Below, piece by piece: positions 55,905 to 64,000 of a DNA stretch of 64,000 nt. The DNA is taken from NCBI GenBank assembly GCA_035528895.1, contig DATKXS010000038.1:23895-87894 (forward strand), written 5' to 3'. The translations under genes and the position numbers were made by a program. The DNA comes from Candidatus Desulfaltia sp. (GTDB lineage: Bacteria > Acidobacteriota > Aminicenantia > Aminicenantales > UBA8522). Numbering within the stretch: the stretch's first letter is position 1; each line of letters opens with the position of its first letter. Under the pieces are notes generated by a model. That model had not been told where the DNA came from and made no database searches. It saw only the letters and a list, made by a program, of their open reading frames with translations.

Positions 55905-56612
55905 CTACAAAAACAGGAGGCGGCCGAATGAATCGGGGCGATGAAAATCCGGCCTGTCCGATGCCACCGGGCTCCAGGCGCCGTAATGAGGGATCTCCGT
56001 CTCATCCCCGCACTTGTAGAAATTCGCTCGGGCGATATGACCCGGAGCGATTCTTTCTCCGTAGTGCTTTTCGAACACGCTGAGCGGCAGCCGGTAGGCC
56101 AAGGCCCAGAATTCAGCCCCGTGGACACCTTCAACAGGTTGGCTGACTGACGGGGCGATCTGGAAATCCTTGATGTCTTCACGGGCTATGGCCTTCCGCC
56201 GAGCGCGGTCGGGCCCGATGGCGATGAGGGCCGCCCCCAAGGCGTTCGTCTCGAGATTGATATACCCGATCGTCTTTTCCGGAAAGGGGTCGATGAACAG
56301 CTCGACACAGCTGTCCTTGTAAACAGGGTTCTGGAATCCGGTGAACCGGGCCCTGATCTTCGACTCGAACACCTTGAAAAAGAGATAGAGGTACCGGCGG
56401 CTGTAGCAGGCGCGGATTTCGACCCGCGGGCGGTAGCCGTTGTCGAGCCAGAGGTAGTGGTCGATGGTCGTGACCGGGAGGGCGTTCCAGAAGGAGGGCT
56501 TCCCGGGAACGAGAAAATCCCCGTCGATCCTGGCGACTCGATATTCGGGACGCTCCTCCATCCAACGTCTCCGAATGGGGGAGCCTGTATCCTGCTCCTC
56601 AGGCCGTTTCAC
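55905..56612 (-). CDS. Hypothetical protein with CBM9-like domain features
   Basis: An ARIDGDFLVPGKPSFWNALP start and an FHRPDSFG ending resemble CBM9/DOMON-like modules; otherwise unrecognised. Confidence 0.35.
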   Translation of the reverse strand: MKRPEEQDTGSPIRRRWMEERPEYRVARIDGDFLVPGKPSFWNALPVTTIDHYLWLDNGYRPRVEIRACYSRRYLYLFFKVFESKIRARFTGFQNPVYKDSCVELFIDPFPEKTIGYINLETNALGAALIAIGPDRARRKAIAREDIKDFQIAPSVSQPVEGVHGAEFWALAYRLPLSVFEKHYGERIAPGHIARANFYKCGDETEIPHYGAWSPVASDRPDFHRPDSFGRLLFL

Positions 56613-57435
56613 GCTGCGCCCGGTCTTTCAGGAATTCGGGCAGGGCGAAGGCGGCACGATGGACGTCCAGGTTGTAGAACTTCAGCTTTTTCGGAGGACG
56701 CCTTCGCTGGGTTCGCAAGGGATCAATGCGGTCGGAGAGAAAAGCATAGCACCACAGCCCCCCTGGATATGTCGGCACCGGCCCGAGATAATAGAGGGCC
56801 GACTTGAAGAGCGCCTTGAGAAAGCGCCTCTTTTTTCTGAGATGCTCGAGGTGATAGAGCGGCGCGCCGGCCTGGGCGGCGATCGTCCCGTCCGGCCGGA
56901 GACACCTCTTCAGCGCTGCGAAAAAACTCTTCTGGTGCAGGATGGCCGAGGGTCCGACGGGATCGGAGGAATCCACCACGATGACGTCGAACCGGCGGTC
57001 GGTCTCACGGATGTAACGGTTCCCGTCGTCCACGACGATCTCCGCCCGGCGGTCCCCGAACGACGCCGCCAGCCCGGGAAATTGCTTCCGGCAGACTTCG
57101 ATCACCCGGACGTCGATCTCCACCAGCACGGCACTCTTCACCGGATAACGAAGGACCTCCCGGAGGGCTCCCCCGTCCCCGCCGCCGACGACCAGGACAT
57201 CCTCGGGACGCGGGTGTGACATCATGGCCGGGTGGACGAGCATCTCGTGATAGAAGAATTCGTCCTTCTCTGTCGTCTGCACCAGACTATCCAGGAGCAG
57301 TACACGGCCGTAGGAATCGGTCTCGTAAACCTCCATTTTCTGGTAGGGCGTCCTCTCGGAGAGAAGCCTCCGCCTCGCCCGGAAAAAGATCCCGTTCGAC
57401 GGGGTGTGAAATTCCCGGATCTCGGTTATTTTCAT
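56599..57435 (-). CDS. speE: Spermidine synthase (polyamine aminopropyltransferase)
   Basis: VLVVGGGDGGALREV signature, DVIVVDSSDP and a conserved C-terminal region. Start at the internal Met (MKITEIREF). Confidence 0.8.
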   Translation of the reverse strand: MKITEIREFHTPSNGIFFRARRRLLSERTPYQKMEVYETDSYGRVLLLDSLVQTTEKDEFFYHEMLVHPAMMSHPRPEDVLVVGGGDGGALREVLRYPVKSAVLVEIDVRVIEVCRKQFPGLAASFGDRRAEIVVDDGNRYIRETDRRFDVIVVDSSDPVGPSAILHQKSFFAALKRCLRPDGTIAAQAGAPLYHLEHLRKKRRFLKALFKSALYYLGPVPTYPGGLWCYAFLSDRIDPLRTQRRRPPKKLKFYNLDVHRAAFALPEFLKDRAQRETA

Positions 57436-57502
57436 GACTCTCGACCCTCGGCGCAATTATAGTGAGGCCCTTCCGCGGTTGTCAATTGAAGAAGAACGGG
57501 GC

Positions 57503-59719
57503 TCAGTACTGGCGGGTGATCTTGACGTCCCGGTAGTACTTCTTGAGGATCTCTTTGTAGCTCGCCCCGGACTGGGCCATCCGGAAGGCGCCCACCTGGC
57601 AGAGACCGACGCCGTGTCCCCATCCTCTCCCTGAGAACAGGTAATGAGTCACCCGGCCCCCTTCATCGAACTCCCTGTCCAGCGTGAAGAGGATATCGCG
57701 CAACCCCAGGACCCAGCGAATCTTTAGGCCTTTGACGATAACCTGGCTCTCTGTCCCGATGATCTGAAGCTCCGTGACCCGCCGCGACTTGCCCCTCGCC
57801 TGGACGACGATATCCTGGAGCTCTCCGATCGGGTAATATTCGTTGATCCTCTTCTCCAGTTCTAGGCGAGTCTGCCGGACCTGCCAGCGGTGATACGGCG
57901 AGCCCCGGTCCAGGGTCGCGGAGACGGCCGGATAAGAGACCTCCAGGAAACGGATCTCGCCCCCCTTCTCGATCCAGCGGACATCCTCGCCGCCGAGGAG
58001 ATAGAGCCTGGCGGCAGGAGAGGTCTCGCCGGCCTGGGTGCGGAAGAGAAAGACGTCAGGCGATAGGGGGATGATCCGACTCTCGCCGTCCACTTCCACA
58101 TCCATCTCTCGCTTCTTGTTCAGGCTGCGGAACCGACCCTTTTCCCGCGGGTCGAAATAGTTGCGGATAGCCTTGCTCAGGATATACACCATTTCACCCC
58201 GCGTGGCCGTCCGGGTTTCATCCACCATCTCGGGCAATGAGGGGAAGATGCCGCTGTGGATGAGGTAAGCAAGGCTGCCCCTGGTCTTGGCGCTGACCGG
58301 CGGGAAATCCCGGAGGACGAATTCGACTTCGCTGGGCAGCATCAGGTTGTTGACCCTGTCCTCCCACTGGAAAGACGTGACGATCAGCCGGGCAAGGTTC
58401 GAGAAATTCAGGATGGTTTCTTCAGGAAGGGATACCTCGCGGGACCGGCCGACCAAGGCGAGCGCCCGCTCGATCCAGCGAGAGGCTTCTTCGGACCTCG
58501 CCGGCTCCAGGAAATAAGAGGGATTGGTTTCGCGCGGGATGACTCCCGCGCCGATCAGCATGGCCGCCTCGCGCTCGATCGCTCGCCCGTTCATCCAGAG
58601 GGAAACGAGCGGCCGGGTTTCGAGAGTCCATTCTTTTTGCTTCTCGTAGGTGCATTCGGTGCTCTTGAGATACGGCTGGGGCCGGCCCTCGAAAACATTT
58701 TCGACGTCCTCGGTCATCCCGCCGCAGGTGCTGGTATAGAGGGCGTTGATAAGCTTGCCCTTGTAGACGGCCACTTCCCCTCTGGTTTCCTCCACGGCCC
58801 GGCTGCTCTCGGCATGTTCGGCGCTCAGGCCGCCGTAAACCTGGCATTTCGGGGTGTCGCAAAGGTCGAACCCAAGGGTCCGGTTTTGCCCCATGTTCTT
58901 GATGGCGTAAGTCCGGGCGGCGACCGCCTGGGCCTTGAGCGCCTCGAAGGAATTGAATTGGTCCGGAGACATCTCTTCGGGGACGACGCCCCTGAGGTAG
59001 TTCTCCAGGTTCAGGATGTTCACGAGAACGAGCCCTTTGGGGCTGGCGCGTAAAACAAAGATTCCCCTGTATTGAATCCCGTTATAAAAGAGATAGCTTT
59101 GCTGGTCCGAAGGTATGAAATAGATAACGGTCTCTTTGTTCAAGGTTTTGAGCTCGTCGCCGACCAGGACCCAGACAGGATGGGATTCCTCCTCGGTGAC
59201 TTCCTCCCTCAGGATCCAGGCTTCCTTGATGCCCAGCCGGTTCAGCTCCTTGATAAAACCGAGGGCCTCGCTGCGAGTGAGGAAATCCCCGACCCGGACC
59301 TGGTAAAGGGTGTCTGCCCCGGCTTCATGCTCAGAAACGACAGATACCATCCGGCTGACATCCGGGCGGAGCCGGGCGGCCAGCCTTTCGGCCTCTACCC
59401 TCTTGGCTGTCTGAGCGACCTGAAGAACGAATTTTTCGGTGAGTTTTTCCTTGTGCCCCTTGACGTTGATCTCATCCATGTCCCTGGCCAGGAGCCGGTA
59501 ATCGGCGCCGACTTCATAGACCTTCATGCCGGAAGAAGCCCGGATGGTGAGCGTCTCGAGGTTAACGCCCAGCCCGATTTTGATGACCGGATTCTTGATT
59601 AAAAAGCCCTGAAAAAACTGGTTCTCCTCTCCGAACTCGGGCGGTTTCCCGGCCAGGAAAAAAAGGGCAAGGAACGCCCCGATAAAGTACTTGCCGTGCC
59701 TGGGGTGTGGCTTGATCAT
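57503..59719 (-). CDS. SpoIID/LytB-domain protein with SPOR-like domain
   Basis: LYTSTCGGMTE and GRGWGHGVGLCQVGA hallmark motifs. An earlier SPOR-like segment (YQVRVGDFLTRSEALGFIKELNRLG). Confidence 0.75.
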   Translation of the reverse strand: MIKPHPRHGKYFIGAFLALFFLAGKPPEFGEENQFFQGFLIKNPVIKIGLGVNLETLTIRASSGMKVYEVGADYRLLARDMDEINVKGHKEKLTEKFVLQVAQTAKRVEAERLAARLRPDVSRMVSVVSEHEAGADTLYQVRVGDFLTRSEALGFIKELNRLGIKEAWILREEVTEEESHPVWVLVGDELKTLNKETVIYFIPSDQQSYLFYNGIQYRGIFVLRASPKGLVLVNILNLENYLRGVVPEEMSPDQFNSFEALKAQAVAARTYAIKNMGQNRTLGFDLCDTPKCQVYGGLSAEHAESSRAVEETRGEVAVYKGKLINALYTSTCGGMTEDVENVFEGRPQPYLKSTECTYEKQKEWTLETRPLVSLWMNGRAIEREAAMLIGAGVIPRETNPSYFLEPARSEEASRWIERALALVGRSREVSLPEETILNFSNLARLIVTSFQWEDRVNNLMLPSEVEFVLRDFPPVSAKTRGSLAYLIHSGIFPSLPEMVDETRTATRGEMVYILSKAIRNYFDPREKGRFRSLNKKREMDVEVDGESRIIPLSPDVFLFRTQAGETSPAARLYLLGGEDVRWIEKGGEIRFLEVSYPAVSATLDRGSPYHRWQVRQTRLELEKRINEYYPIGELQDIVVQARGKSRRVTELQIIGTESQVIVKGLKIRWVLGLRDILFTLDREFDEGGRVTHYLFSGRGWGHGVGLCQVGAFRMAQSGASYKEILKKYYRDVKITRQY

Positions 59720-59926
59720 GAGCTGACAGAATCCGGACCAGATTATAAGAGACGAAGAACGATTTTGTCAAGTAAAATCTTCAATCTGTGCTACCTCAGA
59801 ATATGCTGACTACAAGATATTGTAGTTAATATCAGCTATTTACACTTTTATTATATATCATAAAAGGAGGATTTTGTCAACCTCACACCTCAGCCCAACC
59901 GGCCGGCAGGCAGGCAATCGTAATCT

Positions 59927-61201
59927 CTATTCGAGCCGGCGCAGCTCCGGCACAAAAACAGCGATCAGCGAACAAAAAACGAGCAGAATGCCCCCGTTGA
60001 CCAAGACCGCCGCCGTCTCTCCGAAATGCTGGGCGACGGCTCCGATCCAGAGCGCTCCGATCGGCAAAAAACCGAAAAAGGTCAAGCTGTAAAGACCCAT
60101 GACCCGGCCGCGGAGCTCGTCCCTGACCAGCGTCTGGATCAGAGCGTTGGCCAGGTTGAAGATGAGAATTGCCGCCGCTCCGTTGCCGATCAAGACGACG
60201 AGCGTCAGAGGCAGCCAGCGGATCCAGGCAAATGCGAGGATCAGGCTCGGAAAAACGAATGATCCCAGGGTGAGCAGCCGGCCCCTGAAATCAAAGCGGC
60301 CGAGGGAAGCGATGAGAAGAGCGCCGATGAGGGCGCCGGCTCCCCGCGCCGAGTACATCCAGCCGTTCGTCGCCGCGTTGCCCTGGAGGATTTTCACCGC
60401 CCAGGCGGGAAGAAGCACGATAAAGGAGACTCCGAAGAGGCTCGTCACTACAACCAGACCGATCAGAGCACGAATCATCTTATGGCCGAGCACATAGCAG
60501 AAACCCTCTTTGAGATCATGGAGAGAGGAGGTCAGCGGAGCCGGCCGAGCGAGGCGCTCCAGTCGCATCAGGCAGAGGGCGGCGATGACGGCGCCGAAGG
60601 AGATGCCGTTGATCACGAAGCACCAAGCCGGGCCGGCAAGCGCATAGGTTATCCCGGCCACGGCCGGGCCGACCGCCGTGGCCGAATTGAAGATCGTCGA
60701 GTTGAGGGCGATGGCATTGGTCAGGTCGTCCCGCCCTACCATTTCGGGGACAAAGGCATGCCGGGCGGGAGCGTCGAAGGCATTGGCGACTCCGAGGAGG
60801 AAGGCCAACAGGACGATGTGCCACGGACGGACAATCCCCAGAAAGCTCAAAGCCGCCAAGAGAAAAGCAAGGATCATCATCGAGGTCTGGGTGATGAGAA
60901 GGAGGGTTCGCCGCGGCACCCTGTCGGCGACGACTCCGCCATAGGGCATGAAAAACCAGCTTGGCAGGCCGGCGGCGAATCCAACAAAGCCCAGGTAGGC
61001 CGAGGAATGGGTGAGCTCGTAGACGAGGAAACCCTGGGCCGTGACTTGCATCCAGGTGCCGAAGAGGGACACCATCTGCCCCCAGAACCAGAGCCTGTAG
61101 TTGCGATGATGCAAAGATGTAAAAATCTGCCGGAAACTGAGCTGGCGCCGGAAACTCTCGAACGGAGCGATGATCATAACTGTGTTCTGAAAATCCGGCA
61201 T
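59927..61201 (-). CDS. MFS transporter
   Basis: 424 aa with 12 predicted helices and a GGVVADRVPRR-type loop motif between TM2 and TM3. Confidence 0.8.
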   Translation of the reverse strand: MPDFQNTVMIIAPFESFRRQLSFRQIFTSLHHRNYRLWFWGQMVSLFGTWMQVTAQGFLVYELTHSSAYLGFVGFAAGLPSWFFMPYGGVVADRVPRRTLLLITQTSMMILAFLLAALSFLGIVRPWHIVLLAFLLGVANAFDAPARHAFVPEMVGRDDLTNAIALNSTIFNSATAVGPAVAGITYALAGPAWCFVINGISFGAVIAALCLMRLERLARPAPLTSSLHDLKEGFCYVLGHKMIRALIGLVVVTSLFGVSFIVLLPAWAVKILQGNAATNGWMYSARGAGALIGALLIASLGRFDFRGRLLTLGSFVFPSLILAFAWIRWLPLTLVVLIGNGAAAILIFNLANALIQTLVRDELRGRVMGLYSLTFFGFLPIGALWIGAVAQHFGETAAVLVNGGILLVFCSLIAVFVPELRRLE

Positions 61202-61323
61202 TCTATCGCAATCTGTTCCCTAAGACAATAGGTTCATCTCCGAGAAGGAGATGCTTCCTTTTTCATTTGAAAATCGGGAGCGGTTCCATTACAATCAATG
61301 GACATATCGAACAGGAGGAAAGC

Positions 61324-62055
61324 ATGAAGAAATCATTGTCTCTTATCGTTTGTGCGGTCTTTCTTCTGGCCCTTGTTTCGGCTCCTGCTTATTCCCAGAC
61401 GGCGCAAGACATCCTGGCCAAGCATATCGAAGCCCAGGGTGGGGCGAAGGCGCTGGCGGCAGTCAAGGACACGACCATCAGCGGCACCATGGATTTGGTC
61501 TCGTATGGGATGAGCGCCACCCTGACGATGTACCAGAAAGAGCCCAACAAGATGCGCATGGACATCGAGGTGATGGGCATGGTCATCACCCAGGCCTATG
61601 ACGGCGAGATCGCCTGGACGGTCAATCCCCAGACCGGCGCGACGGAGCAGATGCCCGAAAACATGACTCAAGAATTCAAACGGCAGGCCATGGGCAACGA
61701 CGCTCTCCTCAACCCCGAAAAATGGGGGATCAAGTACGACTTCATGGGCAAAGAAAAGATCGATGACAAGGAGTGCCTTGTCCTGACCCAGACGACATCA
61801 GACGGGCATGTCACGACAATGTACCTTGACCCCGTCACCTACCTGACCTACAAGACAAAGGGAAAAACGATCGGACAGGACGGTGGGGAAGTCATGGCCG
61901 AGTCGATCGTCGGTGACTACAAGAAGGTCGATGGCATCCTCGTCGCCCATTCCATGACCACCTACCAGAACGGCCAGGAGTTCATGAGGATGACGATCAC
62001 CAAGGTCGCCTTTAACTCGGGCCTGGAAGATTCCCTTTTCCAGATGGCCAAATAG
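61324..62055 (+). CDS. Secreted LolA-like (outer-membrane lipoprotein-sorting family) protein, putative
   Basis: Signal peptide, then ILAKHIEAQGGAKALAAVKD...MYQKEPNKMRMDIEVMG...YDGEIAW, which resembles LolA-like DUF-type periplasmic proteins. Confidence 0.4.
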   Translation: MKKSLSLIVCAVFLLALVSAPAYSQTAQDILAKHIEAQGGAKALAAVKDTTISGTMDLVSYGMSATLTMYQKEPNKMRMDIEVMGMVITQAYDGEIAWTVNPQTGATEQMPENMTQEFKRQAMGNDALLNPEKWGIKYDFMGKEKIDDKECLVLTQTTSDGHVTTMYLDPVTYLTYKTKGKTIGQDGGEVMAESIVGDYKKVDGILVAHSMTTYQNGQEFMRMTITKVAFNSGLEDSLFQMAK

Positions 62056-62220
62056 GATTTGGTCAGAGAGCCCTGTCGAGCGCATCGATGGGCTCGTCTA
62101 CGGAGATGATCTCCGTCAGGGGTATGTTGAGGGCCGGACTTTCTCCCATCCGGAGTCGGCCTTCTCCTTTGTCGTTCCCGGCGGCTGGAAGGTCGCCAAC
62201 ACACCGGCCCAGGTCGTGCG

Positions 62221-63135
62221 CTAACTCCCGGCCTCTTTAAGCACGCTGTGGGCCAGTCGGAGCGCCCGCAGGCCCTCCTCGCCCGTGACCTTAGAGGTTT
62301 TGCCGAGCCGAATGCAGTCGAGGAAGTTCCGGAGCTCTTTCTTGAGCGGCTCCTCTTTCTGGATTTTCAGTGTCTTGATGTTGGTCTGGCGGCGGTCCAA
62401 GGGAAAGACGACGACCTCCTGGTCGATGTAATCGATCGAATAATAGACGGTCGGTTCAAAGATCCTCAGCTTCCTCACCTTCCCCTGGTGAACGCGGCTG
62501 GCCGTCAGGGTGGCCACGCACCCCCCCTTGAACTCCAGACGGGCGTTGGCGATATCGACCTTCTCGGAGAGCACGTGAATCCCCGACGCCCGGATGACGC
62601 TCACCTCGTCCTTGATCAAGGCCATAATGATATCGAGGTCATGGATCATCAGGTCAAGGACGACGTCGATATCGAGCGAACGGGCCGAGAACGAACCCAG
62701 CCGCTGGACCTCGACGAACCGCGGTTCCCGGATCAGCGTCTCTACGGCTTCAACGGCCGGGTTGAACCTCTCCAGATGCCCGACCTGAAAGACTTGACCG
62801 CTGGCCCTGGCCTCCTCGACAAGCTGCTCGGCCTGCTCGACAGTCTCGGTGATCGGCTTCTCCACCAGGACCGATTTTCCGTTGCGCAGGAGTTTCAGGG
62901 AGACGGAAAAATGCTCCGAGGTCGGCGTGGCCACGATGGCCGCGTCGACTTCGTCCATCATCTCCTCGTAGTTCTGGTAATAAGCGACGCCGTGCCGGTT
63001 CCCGATCTCCACGGCCTTCTTGAAATCGACATCGGCCACTCCCTTGAGATCCGCTTCCTCCAGATAGGAAAGGATGCGCGCATGCTGGGTTCCCAGATAG
63101 CCGACACCGATAATCCCGACTCTGACCTGATCCAT
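62221..63135 (-). CDS. Gfo/Idh/MocA-family oxidoreductase
   Basis: VGIIGVGYLGTQHA Rossmann motif and an EKP motif. Adjacent to lpxI, as in some lipid A clusters. Confidence 0.75.
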   Translation of the reverse strand: MDQVRVGIIGVGYLGTQHARILSYLEEADLKGVADVDFKKAVEIGNRHGVAYYQNYEEMMDEVDAAIVATPTSEHFSVSLKLLRNGKSVLVEKPITETVEQAEQLVEEARASGQVFQVGHLERFNPAVEAVETLIREPRFVEVQRLGSFSARSLDIDVVLDLMIHDLDIIMALIKDEVSVIRASGIHVLSEKVDIANARLEFKGGCVATLTASRVHQGKVRKLRIFEPTVYYSIDYIDQEVVVFPLDRRQTNIKTLKIQKEEPLKKELRNFLDCIRLGKTSKVTGEEGLRALRLAHSVLKEAGS

Positions 63136-63150
63136 CGATTTCCTCCGAAT

Positions 63151-63963
63151 TCAGCCGAGCGCCCGAACCACGATAGCCGCGCCGTGGGCGTCCGCCAGGG
63201 CGACCGCCGCTTCCCGCTGGAAGAAGGCGACCTTGGCGGCTTCGAGTCCGAGCGCGGCCCCTCCCGAGCGGACGAGCGCCCTCACCGTGTCCAGGCCGAC
63301 GGCCGGGACATCGAGCCTCATATCCTGGGCTGTCCGGCCGGCCTTGACCACAACGAAGCCGGGTCCGGCCAGGCGCCCGCCTCTCCTGATCGTCACGTCC
63401 GTCCCCTCGATGCCCTCCACCGCCACGATCGACCTGCCCTTGACGATCAGCGTCTGGCCGATCTCCAAATCGGCGAGCCGACGGGCCATCCTCAGCCCGA
63501 AATCGATGTCTCCCAGCACGTCCGGCGAAAGGATTTTCCGAGTGAGCACTCCCGGCCTGCAGAAATGGGACTCCAGAAGAGAGCCGGGATTCAAGATCTT
63601 GAGTCCGCCGGCCTCCAGGAAGCCGAAGGCGGCTTCGAGAAGCGCCGTGGCCGATCGTTCTTTGACTCCCCTTAAGAGCTTCCGGGTTTCAGCGTCCATA
63701 AGATCCGGCCGGAAAACGACGCTCGGCCGGACCTTGCCCAAAAACATGATCTCGGAAACCTCGTTTTTCTTGAAAAAGGCCAAGGCCTTTCCGAGCTCTC
63801 CCGGCTTGACCGCTGCGAACACCTCGGCCGTCCTCTTGACTCCCGGCCGGGTTTCCCCATCGATCCCGAGAACGACAGGGCAGAGCCCGCTACGACGCAG
63901 GTCGGACACGGCTGCGGCTACGAACCGGCCCGAACCGGCGACTATCCCGATTCGTCGTCCCAT
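63151..63963 (-). CDS. lpxI: LpxI-family UDP-2,3-diacylglucosamine hydrolase (DUF1009)
   Basis: RIGIVAGSGRFVAAAV N-terminus and overall DUF1009 pattern; 270 aa. Confidence 0.65.
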   Translation of the reverse strand: MGRRIGIVAGSGRFVAAAVSDLRRSGLCPVVLGIDGETRPGVKRTAEVFAAVKPGELGKALAFFKKNEVSEIMFLGKVRPSVVFRPDLMDAETRKLLRGVKERSATALLEAAFGFLEAGGLKILNPGSLLESHFCRPGVLTRKILSPDVLGDIDFGLRMARRLADLEIGQTLIVKGRSIVAVEGIEGTDVTIRRGGRLAGPGFVVVKAGRTAQDMRLDVPAVGLDTVRALVRSGGAALGLEAAKVAFFQREAAVALADAHGAAIVVRALG

Positions 63964-64000
63964 GTCCCCGACGGCTTCTTGATAATACCTCTCTTGGAGG

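Noticed and set aside
59874-60092. 72-aa basic ORF with a strong AAGGAGG-7 nt-TTG start, antisense to the 3' end of the MFS gene
   Set aside because: It has Ser/Thr/Lys/Arg-rich low-complexity composition and no family resemblance. It overlaps a well-supported transporter gene. The Shine-Dalgarno-like sequence is probably coincidental.
1-64000. CRISPR arrays, tRNA or rRNA genes, and transposase or integrase genes
   Set aside because: No regularly spaced direct repeats, no cloverleaf-compatible conserved tRNA motifs in the larger intergenic gaps, and no ORF with transposase or integrase motifs were found by inspection. The only compositionally foreign segment (20735-21660) lacks flanking direct repeats or mobility genes.

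Overview
This window is a gene-dense, high-GC bacterial chromosomal segment, probably from an Acidobacteria-like organism (it carries a 'VWFA-related Acidobacterial domain' protein and many Tat or signal-peptide glycan-degrading enzymes). I can support about 55 protein-coding genes by recognisable family motifs. I saw no rRNA, tRNA or CRISPR arrays. Many long ORFs in the track are antisense artefacts of the GC-rich sequence and were rejected.

Gene content, start to end:
- Methylmalonyl pathway genes: mce (partial), meaB, acyl-CoA dehydrogenase.
- VWA protein, YHS-domain small protein, acyP, thiD.
- ABC substrate-binding protein, a threonine/serine dehydratase, DUF72, a LysA-like decarboxylase.
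- DUF2961 (GH172-like) and tricorn protease.
- An SOS mutagenesis cassette, lexA, a DinB-like Y-family polymerase and dnaE2, ending in an orphan HicB-like gene.
- A markedly AT-rich islet with an unknown 223-aa gene, transcribed divergently from lexA through two E. coli-like SOS palindromes.
- A frameshifted short-chain dehydrogenase (SDR).
- A MerR-like regulator with a duplicated helix-turn-helix, translationally coupled to a B12-binding radical SAM enzyme, with a DUF169 gene opposite.
- A small locus of SDR, HAD hydrolase and a HAL/PAL-family ammonia-lyase that has Ala-Cys-Gly where the MIO-forming Ala-Ser-Gly is expected, beside an ABC exporter, a secreted protein, DUF362 and a serine-palmitoyltransferase-like alpha-oxoamine synthase.
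- Sialate O-acetylesterase.
- A truncated Ser/Thr-kinase remnant next to a full 935-aa zinc-ribbon/kinase/TPR paralogue.
- A THEP1-like NTPase, then divergent kbl and tdh genes for threonine to glycine.
- A TonB-dependent receptor, a frameshifted S37-like peptidase, DUF1028, a GH109-like Tat oxidoreductase, and a FecBCDE-type ABC importer.
- CBM9-like protein, speE, a SpoIID/LytB-SPOR protein, an MFS transporter, a Gfo/Idh/MocA oxidoreductase and lpxI.

The most interesting leads are the LexA-controlled region, specifically the cassette plus the AT-rich orphan gene and the HicB-like tail gene, and the MIO-variant ammonia-lyase locus. All calls rest on motif recognition by eye; I ran no database searches.
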